Origin: Azolla caroliniana
Lineage: Eukaryota; Plantae; Polypodiophyta
NCBI GenBank assembly: GCA_043228905.1
Contig: JBHGNT010000008.1
Span: 1,674,001-1,738,000, forward strand
Direction: 5' to 3'
Length of the DNA stretch: 64,000 nt
Below are positions 51,377 through 64,000 of the stretch, one piece after another; positions within the stretch are counted from its first letter, which is position 1; each line of letters opens with the position of its first letter. The translations under genes and the position numbers were made by a program. Under the pieces are notes generated by a model. That model saw nothing but the letters and a program-made list of their open reading frames with translations. It did no database searches and was not told where the DNA came from.

Positions 51377-53985
51377 CTGTTAAGAGTCTATTACTAACTA
51401 ATAGACCAATAAAGTAAAATAAGGTAAACATATTGCATAGAATAACCTGTTCCACCCGACCACCCCCGAGCTATGATCAAGACATAGCCAACCTACCACT
51501 CACGTCCCATACCGCCGGATATTAGAATGACGAATACCTTGGAAGAGATTATCATGATCGTCGTGACAAAAGCCTAGCCCACACCACCGGTGTCTAAGAC
51601 AACCACCCTTCAACGTAATGTACCTGTGAGGGTAGCTAAGCCTCATATTTATACCTCTCCCTAAGCCTCTTGAATAGATGTGCCTTTCTAAAAGACTCTC
51701 CATTCATTGATTGTCCAAATCATGATAGTGCATGCACCTATCACTCCTTCTATCCTATCACATTAGTCTGTTTTTAACATTAGTGAACATGCCCTTCACT
51801 TATGCAAATATTAGTGACCTACCTTCACCTATATTATGTGTAAATAACAAAAGCTTATAAGAGAAAGTACCAAGACTACTTTGTAACTAGCCATTTGCAC
51901 TCCCTACTAAAAATCATAAATCATAAATAAGAAGAAATGTTATTTATAATGACTACATTCATCAATAACTACGTCAACATCCTAACCCCGCCATTCAAAA
52001 GCTACATTTCGTATGTACGCCAACTCTTATGCATCCTTTTAACAAATCTGGTGTTCCAAGCCCCTGAGAATCATGAATGTGGTAAATCTTGGTGGGGTTT
52101 AGAGTTTGATTTGAATACATGTCTTGGGAAGTGGCAATGAAGTGGTTTATGGAGTTGATTTTCAAACTATGGTGGACAACATTATTCATCCCACCCTTGG
52201 TGGAGTTTGGCAAACACCCTTCATCTCTCACCTCCTGGTTAGCCATCTGGCAACTTTATATATGAACCAACTCTCCATCTTTCTCTATTCCTCTCGATCA
52301 ATATAACAAACACGCTCACCCCTGTCAACACTCAAACGCCTCCTTCATACCCTAGTACCATTCCCACTCTTACCTTTTGTTCATCGAATGCATTGCATGA
52401 ATCCCCATTTACTAAACACATCACCACTGTGGGTGGACCCAAGAGTGTGCACTCATTAGGTTTGGGGGGATGTTACAGATAGGTACCACAAGATCAAAGG
52501 AAAAGAGACCTTACGATGAACAAACAAATGTAGCTCCAAGAGGAGTAGAAATGGAAATAACTAAAAATATGTAAAAGAACACATATAAAACTAGTGTTTA
52601 AAGCTTTATTCATGGACTATGTGCTTTTCATATCATTTTATTATCTTCATCAGAGCTAGTTGTATCTCTCCAAGCTTGGATCTATGTGTATATACAAACT
52701 ATTGAGGAATGCAAGATCTAATATAAGGTTAAGTCTATTGAGGTGCTATTTTATTAAGTTTCATATTAAGGTTTAGTCTAAAAAGTTATTAGTGAAGTTT
52801 ACAAATAGGTGTTAAGTAGTTTGTTGATACCCTGAAAGTTGGATTGACACACATTTTCCACCCCTTCCCAACAAAAAGGGTGCATGATTACTCGTTCCTC
52901 ACAACGATCTTACATGAATGAATTCGTTTGTTAGTCACAAAAGAGAGTTACATGTTTGCTTTTGAAAAGAACTGAAATTCCATCTCAATACACATGGCAA
53001 GAATATCACCTTCTAATATAAGGCCTTTTGTGCACCCTATTATGAAAAAGGTTAAAATATTGTAAAAGACATTAAAGGTTGTTGAGAGTCGAACTCAACT
53101 TCCCATAGTAATAGGTTTCACACTAGCTCATGGACATACCATGCTAGTTTTGTAAATAGTAGAAAGAGCACTTACCCTAGCTTAGTTGGTATTTAAACCA
53201 ACCCCTTGTAACTTAGTTACTATTGGAAGTATTTTGGTCAATGTAATATACCGTCTTTTATATCTGTCTTAAGCTCTCTCTATCTCTCTCTGTTTTGCCT
53301 TACGTGCATACACACACACACACACACAGTCCTTCCGCTGCATCTCAACCACTCTTGCTCCTCATTTTGTTTACATGGTATCAGAGCATGTTGTTGCTTA
53401 ATCGAATCTATTCAACTGTGTTGTGGTACACGTTGACGATCGACAGAACTAGCTCATCAACAAAGAAGAAATCGACATAATGAACACTCAGATGGGAAGC
53501 GCTCTTCCTATCGAGAAGCTTGATAGAATGAACTTCGAATCTTGGGAATACAAGATGCATCAATACCTTGTTGGACAAGGTTACTGGAGCTACATTGAAG
53601 GAGCTGACAAAACTCAACCCAACCCAACACACGTCGACTATCCCGCTTGGGAGCAGGCCGCAAACCATGCGTTGTATTGCCTTGCATCATGCGTTCATGA
53701 TCATAAGCTTGGCTATATTTGAGATTCGAATACACCGAAAGAAGCTTGGGGAAACCTCAAGAAGATTTTTGGGGCCAACACGACTGCATGAAAGCTCCAA
53801 CTTCGACAAGAGCTAAACAACATGCAATAGAGGGACATGTCGATCACAGGCTATACACTAAAGATTAGGGAGCTGTGTGATGCCCTCGGTTCGATTAATG
53901 TCGTAATCGACGATGAAGAGATGGTGCAAATATGTTGGGATTACGGTCCCTCCGGATGGGATGGTCAGATGTCCGGGAATCGGGA

Positions 53986-54150
53986 ATGAAGACCCGGTTC
54001 CGGAGCCGGATAATGAAGACCCGGTTCCGGAGCCGGATGATGAAGACCCGGTTCCGGATCCGGATGATGAAGACCCGGTTCCGGATCCGGATAATGAAGA
54101 CCCCGGTTCCGGATCCGGATGATGAAGACCCCGGCTACGGAGCCGGATGA
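53986..54150. repeat. 27-bp CCGG-rich tandem repeats in C7 LTRs (also ~58801-58965)
   Basis: Unit ATGAAGACCCGGTTCCGGA(G/T)CCGGAT(A/G), about 6 copies. Confidence 0.92.
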
Positions 54151-54333
54151 CGAATGTACCCGGAGAGAGATCCGGATGCGGGGACATATTTGTGAATATG
54201 TTTGCCAAGGGCCCTTGAGGCTATATTTGTAAATAGCCCGAAAGTCATATGTGTATAAATATGACTTAGGGCAAACAGTTTTGTTGTTGTTGCTCATTTT
54301 TCTGTTTTCACTTAGAGAGAGTGAAGAGAGCAG

Positions 54334-54368
<35 letters not shown>

Positions 54369-54663
54369 GAAGAGGTCGTTGCCTCTGTGTATTACCGCCG
54401 CCTGTGGCGAAGACAGTGAGCTCAAGGTTGTTGCCTTGTAGCTTCACCATTGTACATCTCTGTTTGTAGTGATAGTTGGAGTTTGAGGACTCCCGTGGTT
54501 TTTTCCCATTTAGGGTTTTCCACGTAAAACATCCAGTGTACTCTTCTCTCTATAGACTTCGTGCATTTTGTATTTCCTGTTTTCTGTGAGTTAATCATAT
54601 TCCTCGGTTGTGGCCAAGCATTGTGCTCAACAAAGTGGTATCAGAGCGACGGCAGTGCAGAAA

Positions 54664-57600
54664 ATGGACGGCGGCAGCAGCGGGCAGCCGGGGATGATGG
54701 TGCTGAATGCGCAGAACTACGCCGACTGGAAGATAAAGATGGAGGATCTGCTCATTGTTCGGGACCTGTATGAACCGATCGACAGGTCGGAAATACCCAA
54801 GGGGGTACTTGAGACGGAATGGAGGCTTCTGAACCGGAAAGCCGTTGCAACCATTCGGCAATACGTCGACGTGAGCGTTCTACAACATGTGGCGAACGAC
54901 ACCAACGCATATGAGATGTGGCGAAAGCTGTCGGGCCTCTACGAGAGGAAGAATGCGTTGAACCGGACCTCCCTGATGAGGAAGATAGTGAACCTCAAGT
55001 ACCGGGACGGCGAGAGTATGGTGGAACACGTAAGCACGTTCATGGGATTCGTGAACCAGCTTGCGGCGATCAAGTTCCCGTTGGAGGATGCAATGCAAGC
55101 CATCATCCTGATGTGTACATTGCCGGAAAGCTGGGAGAACTTGGTGGTGACTCTCAGCACCTCCTGCACCGAAGATAACTTGTCTCTACAAACGGTAAAG
55201 ACAAGTATTTTGAATGAAGAAGCGCGTCGGAGAGATAAAGAACCGGCCTCCGACTCGAAGGCACTGCTTACTGAATCGGAACGGGGAAGACAACGGAACC
55301 GGAGTCCGCAAAGACGGGAGAAGTCGGGGACCCGGTCGCAGTCAAGAGGAAGGCCCACATGCTTCCACTGTGGGAAGCCGGGGCACTTCCGGAAGAATTG
55401 TCGGCATTACCGAAAAGACAACGGAGCCGACGACACCGATTCGAAGAAGTCACCGGAGCGAAACGGTGCATACCGGGGAGCCACGGACCGGAGAGGTCCG
55501 GATCGGCGAGGGCAGGACCGGAAAGGAACGACGGCACTCGCGGCAAGTGAAGAAGAGATAATGCTCATTACCGAAGAGAGGGAGCTGAACCTTGCCGGTG
55601 AAGAGATGACTTGGGTGGTCGATTCCGGAGCATCGTTCCACCTGACCCTGGAGAAGAAATACTTCTCATCCTACACAGCCGGTGAGCACGGCTGTGTCCG
55701 GATGGGAAATGAAGGTACATGCCGGATTGCCGGCATAGGAGACGTGTGGCTGATGACATCAACCGGATGCAAGATGCTGTTGAAGGATGTCCGACACGTT
55801 CCGGAGGTTCGATTGAACCTGATTTCGGCCGGGAGGCTAGACGATGAAGGCTACACGGGTAGCATCCGGAACGGTGTCATGAAGTTCAGCAAAGGGAGCC
55901 TGATAGTGGCTCGGGCCCGGAAGGTCAACACATTGTACCTGATGAATTCCCGGCTATGTCCGGAGGAGCTGAACGTGGCAGCTGACACTGCCGGTGAGCT
56001 ATGGCACAAGAGACTGTGCCACATGAGCGAGAAGGGGATGAAGAGGCTTGCCGAAGACAACCTGATACCGGTAAAGCATGTACACTTGGGGAAGTGTACC
56101 GACTGTCTGGCCGGTAAGCAAAACCGGACCTCCTTCCACTCAAGGCCACCGACGAGACGTAGTGCACCATTGGAGTTGGTGCACACTGACGTGTGTCAAG
56201 TAGAAACGAAGTCACATGGCGGAGCCCAGTACTTCGTGACATTCATTGATGACCACAGCCGGAAGCTGTGGACGGCACCGTTGAAGACAAAGGACCAAGT
56301 ATTGTCCGTCTTCAAAGAACTTCACGCGAGAGTGGAAAGAGAATCCGGCAAGAAGCTGAAAGCGATACGAGCGGATAACGGAGGAGAATACCGAGGGCAA
56401 TTTGAGGAGTATTGCCGTTCGATGGGAATCCGGCTCGAGTTTACTGTGCTGGAGACGCCGGAACTGAACGGGCTGGCCGAGAGGATGAACCGGACCATAA
56501 TGGAGAGGGTCCGGAGTATGCTAGCACATGCGAAATTACCCAAGGGATTTTGGGCTGAGGCAATGTCGACGACGACATATGTGATAAATAGATCACCCTC
56601 AGTACCCCTGGATGGAGACACGCCACAGAGAGTGTGGACCGGCAAGGAAGTGTCCTACCGGCATCTGAAGGTGTTCGGGTGTCTCGCATACGTGCATGTG
56701 GCAAAGGACCGGAGAGGAAAGTTAGATCCAAAGACCCGGCCATGCATATTCCTCGGCTACGGCGACGACGAGTTCGGCTACCGAGTATGGGACCCGATCG
56801 ACAAGAAGATATTCAGGAGTCGAGATATCATCTTCATGGAGGACAAGACACTCACCGACTGGGAGTCGGAGAAGAAGATGAAGAGCTCCAAGTCGACCGG
56901 TGAGGATCAACTCTACGAGGAGCAGTCCCGACCGGCAAGGGACCGGTTAGCACTCGAGGATCCGGCCGAAGACGGTGAAGAAACAGAACCGGCCGAGGAA
57001 GATGAAACTGATACCGGAACCGGCCCCGATCCCGGAATGGATTCGGATGAAGAGGAAACGGAGGAGCCGGTTATCGAAGCTCCGGAACGGAGATATCCCC
57101 TAAGAGAGAGAAGGGCCCCCCGGAGATTTCCGGAACCAGAGCACGTGCTGCTGACTGACGAGGGGGAGCCGGAGAGTTTTGAAGAAGCAAAGCTTGACAC
57201 CCATAGCCGCAGGTGGTTAAGTGCCATGCAGGAGGAGATGGATTCCCTGCATGAGAACCACACATATGAACTTGTGGAGTTGCCGAAAGGAAAGCGGGCA
57301 CTTCGAAACAAGTGGGTGTTCAAGCTGAAACCGGGAGATGCCGGAAACCCCCCGAGATACAAAGCCAGGATCGTGGTGAAGGGGTTCCAGCAGAAGAAGG
57401 GCGTCGACTTCGACGAGATATTTGCCCCGGTAGTGAAGATGACCTCCATCCAGACGGTGCTGAGCATAGCGGCAAGCATGGACCTCGAGGTAGAACAGAT
57501 GGACGTGAAGACGGCATTCCTTCACGGTGACCTCGAAGAAGAGATCTACATGCAGCAACCGGAAGGATTCGAGAAGAAAGGAAAGGAGCACCTGGTATGC

Positions 57601-58737
57601 CGGTTGAAGAAGAGCCTTTACGGATTGAAGCAGGCTCCCCGGCAGTGGTACCGGAAGTTCGACTCCTTCATGACCAACGAAGGGTACCACAAAACGTAGT
57701 CCGATCACTGCGTGTTTGTGAAGAAGTTCGAAAGAGGAGACTTTCTAATACTTCTCCTGTACGTGGACGACATGTTGATCGTCGGACGGGACCAGGTCAA
57801 GATACGGATGCTGAAGAAGGCTCTTCACCGAACCTTCTCAATGAAGGACTTGGGTCCGGCGAGGCAAATACTAGGGATGCACATCATCCGGGACCGGAGG
57901 AAGAAGCAGTTGTGGCTGTCACAGGAGAAGTACGTGACAAAGGTGCTTCAACGGTTCAACATGTCGGAAGCAAGACCGGTCGGATCGACCCTCCCGGCAA
58001 ACTGCAAGTTGTCCAGCAAGCAAAACCCCAAGACAAAGGCTGAGAAGGAGGACATGACGAAAGTACCATATGCCTCTGCCGTCGGAAGCTTGATGTACGC
58101 AATGGTGTGTACAAGACCGGACATAGGATATGCAGTTGGAGTGGTGAGCCGGTATATGAGTAATCCCGGCAAGGAGCACTGGAACGCGGTCAAATGGATA
58201 CTCCGATACTTAAAGGGCACTTCGAACATGTGCCTCCGATTCGGCTCCGGTAAGCCCGAACTCGATGGATTTACCGATTCGGACATGTCGGCTGATGCAG
58301 ATACCAGCCGGTCTACATCTGGGTATGTAATGACATATGCAGGGGGAGCCGTTTCGTGGCAGTCGAGGCTGCAGAAGACGGTTGCTTTGTCAACCACGGA
58401 GGCGGAGTACATGGCGGCTGTTGAAGCCGGCAAGGAAATGATATGGATGAAGGACTTCATTAGAGAGCTCGGTATCCGGCAGGAGGAGTACCGACTCTAC
58501 TGCGACAGTCAGAGTGCCATCCACCTTGCGAAGAACACGGCCTATCACTCCCGGACGAAGCACATCCAGCGAAGATATCACTGGATCCGGGAAAGGATAG
58601 AAGACCAGGAGTTCGTGCTGACGAAGATCCACACGGACGAGAACGGGTTAGACATGCTGACCAAAGTGCTCACACCCGACAAGTTGGAAGCGTGCCGGAA
58701 GAGGGTCGGACTGGAAAGACATCCCATGCCGAAGTGA
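54664..58737 (+). pseudogene. copia Gag-Pol polyprotein of C7 with a single in-frame TAG (57697-57699)
   Basis: ORFs 54610-57699 and 57712-58737 share a frame. The TAG replaces the Gln codon of HKTQ seen in C3/C4. Confidence 0.94.
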
Positions 58738-59148
58738 AGGGGGAGTTTGTTGGGATTACGGTCCCTCCGGATGGGATGGTCAGATGTCCGGGAATCGGGA
58801 ATGAAGACCCGGTTCCGGAGCCGGATAATGAAGTCCCGGTTCCGGAGCCGGATGATGAAGACCCGGTTCCGGATCCGGATGATGAAGACCCGGTTCCGGA
58901 TCCGGATAATGAAGACCCCGGTTCCGGATCCGGATGATGAAGACCCCGGCTACGGAGCCGGATGACGAATGTACCCGGAGAGAGATCCGGATGCGGGGAC
59001 ATATTTGTGAATATGTTTGCCAAGGGCCCTTGAGGCTATATTTGTAAATAGCCCGAAAGTCATATGTGTATAAATATGACTTAGGGCAAATAGTTTTGTT
59101 GTTGTTGCTCATTTTTCTGTTTTCACTTAGAGAGAGTGAAGAGAGCAG

Positions 59149-59183
<35 letters not shown>

Positions 59184-60001
59184 GAAGAGGTCGTTGCCTC
59201 TGTGTATTACCGCCGCCTGTGGCGAAGACAGTGAGCTCAAGGTTGTTGCCTTGTAGCTTCACCATTGTACATCTCTGTTTGTAGTGATAGTTGGAGTTTG
59301 AGGACTCCCGTGGTTTTTTCCCATTTAGGGTTTTCCACGTAAAACATCCAGTGTACTCTTCTCTCTATAGACTTCGTGCATTTTGTATTTCCTGTTTTCT
59401 GTGAGTTAATCATATTCCTCGGTTGTGGCCAAGCATTGTGCTCAACAAAATATGCCTCGGCGGCATAGCAACCCGATTTGGCTCGATTAGATCGGCTATC
59501 TTTGCAAGGGAGAACCCTCGTTCATTTTTCGATGTCCAATCAATATTGTTGGTTGAGGAAAATCATGCTCGACAAAGGAGCAATGCACCAGAGGCTCATA
59601 TGGTCTACTCCCAGTCAGATGATAGAAGAAATTTCGGCCGTGGAAATAGAGGTTGATTTGAACAAGGCCGTAATGGTCGGTAGACTCAAGAGGGTAACTC
59701 CCACCAATGACAAGCGGACAGAAATGGTCCCAGAGGGTTCGGCAGAAGCGGGAGTGCCGGAAAAAGGTATGAGACTTGGCTTCAACTAGCTGACAACTCA
59801 CGAACTACGCATCGAATTTCGACTACGACAATCGTAGTGGAATGTTTACGAATTACGCTACAAATTCCGACTACGATGATCGTAGCGGAATGTTCGTAAT
59901 GAGACATGAAGCACACTCGATGTCAGCACAGGATTCAACTATTGCCACCAACTCAAATAACGTATGGTTTATCAATTCGGGAGCATTCAATCACATGAAG
60001 T

Positions 60002-60812
60002 TGTCGTGAAGATTCACGGCCATAGTGAGAAAACCGGAGAAGTTAGTCGCATCGGCGAAGTGCATCATGTGCACTTACCCTTGTAGAAACATGTGAATAA
60101 TAGGGGCGCCGAACAGGAGATAATTCGGGACAGAGGATCCCATGTACAACGGGATTTATCCCACATTGTTACGCATCCCTCTCCTTGTTCTATAAGAGGA
60201 AGGGAGTGCCCCTTGTAAAAGGGTTACCCATTTTGAGTTAGGAGGGTATACCACTTAGATCTAGGGTTTGGTAGTTTTTTTCTTCCTTACTTCTTTAGGG
60301 TTTCATTTAGGTCTTCTTCGTCGTCGTCATGTGGGTTGACTCTTCATGTCTGTTTAGGGTTTAGTCTTGTGAAGAGCTTGTATGTCTTGTGGGGATTTGA
60401 TTCTGCTCGGTCTCTTGTGCAAAGACCCCGCTTGGCACGACGAGCTCGAGAGCTCCCCGATCGGGGGTTGGCGGTTGATTACTGTTGTGACCTAACCTAC
60501 CTTAGTCCGGCTCGAAGCCGGAGTTGTATCTTGCTCTTGTAATTTTTTATATATAAAAGGTTGTGCATATTTATGTCTCTGTTGGTGTCGAGTGCACTTC
60601 TTTCCCTTTGTTTCCTACACATAAGAGGCGTATGTTGAGTCGGTGTTGCGCGCGTGGTCTCTCTCTCTCCCTCTCTCGTGTTCAATAGCCGCCGGTACGC
60701 GTCTGGAATCGGTCCGGTTTGAGCCACAACCGGTGCAACTGGGACTGGAGAGAAGTCGGCTTCTTGTAAACCCTAAACCCCTTTCAACACGTACTCGCAG
60801 ATTACTGCGACA
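60002..60812 (+). mobile_element. solo LTR (TGTCG...CGACA group) in the C8 protease
   Basis: TGTCGTGAAG...TGCGACA with TSD AAGT/ACGT. Removing it restores NHM(T)SHEDW. Its 5' end resembles the 44615 LTR. Confidence 0.85.
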
Positions 60813-63779
60813 ACGTCTCATGAAGATTGGTTTCGGGAACTTCGGAAGCCCTAACGTCTTGGATATGTCGAAACAAGATAGGACACGACTCATCCAATAC
60901 AGCATATCAGAAACGTCCCATTCGGAAACGAAGAAAAACAAACCTACCGCAAGAATGTACTGCATGTCCCCATCATCACAAAAAACTTGGTCTTAGTCAG
61001 CCAGATTGTCGAACAAGGAATGCAAGTATGATTCAACAACGACGGGTGCTTCATCGAAAGGGGCGGTCAAGTCATAGCTCACGGTCGATGAGAAGGCCGT
61101 ATGTTTATCCTCGAATTGAACGAGGTAAAGTCGGCCATATTTGTAAAGGGCGTCAAAGTCGAAACGGACTTAAATTTGTGGCACAAAAGAATCGGCCAAA
61201 TCAATCTCTAAAAACTTTAGAACATGCAATCGAAAGGATTCATAATCGGACTCTCGAACTTTACTGCGAAGGAGATTACGGGCATATGCGAAGCGTGCCA
61301 GTTCAGAAAGCAACGCCGAAATCTATTCTTGAAAGAGCTGAATGTGAGCAAAGGGACCCTGGATGTTGTACATTCAGATGTATGGGGACCATCCCAGACA
61401 AGCACACTCAGCGGATGCCGATATTACGTTCGTTCATCGACAACTTCTCTAGGAACACCTGGATCTACCCGATGAAAGAAAAGAGCGAAGTGTTTGGATA
61501 TTTCTAGAGATTCAAAGCCGAAGTCGAAAAAGCTATGGGTCTGGACATATGCTGCCTTCGATCGGATGGAGGCAAAGAATACTTCTTGGCCGAGTTTATG
61601 GCATATCTCTGAAACGAAGGAATCCAACGAGAATTCTCATACCATCACACACCTCAACAGAACGACGTAGCTGAGCATAGAAACCGGCACATAGTAGAAG
61701 TCGCACGGGCTATGATGAATGAGAAAAACCTATCGAAATCATTCTGGGTAGAAGTAGCAAACACGGTTGTATACCTCATGAATAGGTGCACAACCTCGGG
61801 ATTACACGATGTAACTTGTAATGAGAAGTTCTTTGGAAAGAAGCCGAACTTATCACATGTTCGCATTTTTGGCGCAATCGCTTATGTACATATTCCCGAT
61901 GATACGCGACAAAAGCTCGACCCAGAGTCGGAGAAATGTATCCTTGTAGGATACTCACTCGAATAGAAGGGGTACAAATGCTACAACCCATCTACCAGAA
62001 AAGCTCGTGTAAGTCGAGATATCATTTTCAACGAGTCTGCATCATGGTACGCACCAAAAACAACTTTGACTCTGACTCCGCTCGACCTAGAATCCAACGA
62101 AATGGAGGTAGAAGATAGAGATCAGCTCATGGGCATGCTTGAAGAAAGCCCGATTACGACACGACTTAGTGGACCACTGGAGCTCCCAAGTGACCAAAGC
62201 ACATTTGGACCAAGTCCAAAACTTGACAAAGGGAAGGCCAAGATGTCCGAATATGAAGATCCAATCGAGAACGCATCAACTCACTCCCTTGACAATGAGT
62301 TCGAAGGCCTGCACATCCCAATCATCCAGACAAATGGAGTGAAGAAAGCCTTAGTATCCGCAAACGAGAAGCTCTGTTGATCGACCTGTGAAAAGAACCC
62401 CGTAAGCCGCTTCGGCTACAACGATTATATGACGTACCATTATGCCTTCATGATGAAGGTAGCGTCAGTACGGGAGCTGGAGACGCATTCCGAAGCCGTA
62501 AAGGATCCACGATGGGTCAATGCGATGCATGACGAAATGGAAGCATTCTGCAAAAATGAGACATGGGATCTCATCCCTCACACGCCGCACAAGAAAGTGA
62601 TTGATTGTCAATGGATTTAGAAAGTGAAACACAATGCTGACGGCTCCGTAAATCGCTTCAAAGCACGGCTCGTTGCAAAAGGATACACGCAAACACACGA
62701 CGTAGACTACGAAGAGACCTTTGCCCCAGTGGCAAAGATGACCATCGTGAGGACCGTAATTGCTCTTGCAGCAGCAAAAGGATGGCACCTCCACTAGATG
62801 GATGCGAAAAACTCCTTCCTCCAAGGAGAATTAGAAGAGGAAGTATATAGGATTCAACCACCCAGATTTGAATCGTGTAGTCATCCACACATCGTATGCC
62901 ACCTCAAGAAGCCACTATACTGCCTCAAACAAGCACCCCGTGCGTGGCACTCGAAGATCACGCGGTATCTTCATCAAATCGGATTTCGAATGTCAAAATC
63001 TCATACTTCCCTGTACATTCGAAACGAGTCGGATAGCCCGATTGTCATCATCCTTTACGTGGATGATTTGGTCATCAGAGGAAAGGATCTCGTCGAGATT
63101 AACAAAGTTAAATCTCTTCTCTCTAGCCAATTCGAAATGAAAGACCTGCACGAGCTCCATTACTTCTTAGGCATTGAAGTAATTCGGACACCAGTTAGAA
63201 TAATGATCTCTCAATGGCACTACGTTCTCAACTTGCTCTACAAGTTCGGAATGACCGAATGCAAACCTGTGTCCACCCCTCTCGATCATAATCTCAAGAT
63301 GGATGCCGATTCCGGCACATCTGTGTGCGAGTCAACTGATCGGTAGCTTAATCTATCTCACCATTACGCGACCTGATCTCAGTTATTCAGTCCGCCTACT
63401 TAACCAATTCATGCAGCGTCCGCGAAACCTTCATCTCGATTGTGCTAATAGGATACACCGGTATGTCAGTACTATGATGGATTACAACATTATGTATAAG
63501 TCAAATACGACCATTCGCTCGAAGGATACACAGACGCGGACTGGGCAGGCTACAAAATGGATAGACGATCCACATCTGGATTTGTCTTCTCCCTCGGCAG
63601 TGGAGCGATCTCTTGGAGCAGTAAGAAGCAACAGACAGTCGCATTGTCGAGCACGGAAGCCGAATATAGGGGTGTGGCAGTCGCCACATGTGAAGCCGTA
63701 TGGCTCAAGCGCATACTGAAGGATTTGGGCGTTCCCATTATGGATCCAATTCGCCTCTTTTGTGACAACATGAGCAACA

Positions 63780-63844
<65 letters not shown>

Positions 63845-64000
63845 GTCCTTCCGCTGCATCTCAACCATTCTTGCTCCTCATTTTGTTTACAAAGGTCAGT
63901 TCTATGCTTCTTCTCATTCTCTAGGTTACCTCTCTAGACTCTCTATCAAACATATTATCTATGAATTTCATTCTTAGAAACCATCTCAAACATCATTGCA

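Larger units (their letters stand above)
53933..59447 (+). mobile_element. Ty1/copia LTR retrotransposon (element C7), young and near-intact
   Basis: 700-bp LTRs 53933-54632 and 58748-59447 with only two differences that I could see; TSD AAATA; PBS 54636-54647; PPT 58737-58747. Confidence 0.97.
53080..63891 (+). mobile_element. Ty1/copia LTR retrotransposon (element C8, related to C2), hosting C7 and a solo LTR
   Basis: 5' LTR 53080-53375; PBS 53376-53387; partial 3' LTR ~63781-63891; perfect TSD AAGGT (53075-53079 / 63892-63896). gag MGSALPIEKLD, integrase HSDVWGP, RT YVDDL, RNase H SSTEAEY. Confidence 0.93.

Noticed and set aside
51380-53075. Possible host gene or further LTR (GGGGGGA-TGTTACA at ~52464)
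   Set aside because: It is AT-rich with only short ORFs and has no partner repeat or TSD in the window, so it cannot be assigned.
53080-53140. tRNA B-box-like GAGTTCGACTC on the minus strand
   Set aside because: It is the terminal hairpin of the C8 LTR, with no A box or cloverleaf.
57697-57699. Programmed stop-codon readthrough in C7 or C4 pol
   Set aside because: The stops lie at different positions in the two elements and replace Gln codons that are intact in relatives, so they are ordinary nonsense mutations.
59800-59900. Duplicated hairpin CTACGA...TCGTAG
   Set aside because: It is a short local duplication in the gag-protease linker of degenerate C8, with no evidence of function.

Overview
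This window is land-plant heterochromatin-like DNA made almost entirely of nested retrotransposons, and I found no intact host gene. I resolved seven Ty1/copia elements with paired LTRs (five also with TSDs), two Ty3/gypsy remnants, two LINE fragments and several solo LTRs. Junction analysis shows an ~18.8-kb inversion (~22535-41376) that splits a gypsy element and two copia elements at once. The most unusual feature is a non-autonomous LTR family present in two copies (24463-27447 + and 38171-40837 -). It has a tRNA-Arg-type primer-binding site (PBS) after the 5' LTR and, where the polypurine tract (PPT) should be, a second PBS in inverted orientation. Each copy carries different captured host-gene fragments (DUF632-like plus SAHH; F-box-like plus CHMP1/VPS46) in the same slot. 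All coordinates were read by eye, and protein-family calls come from motif recognition, not database searches.
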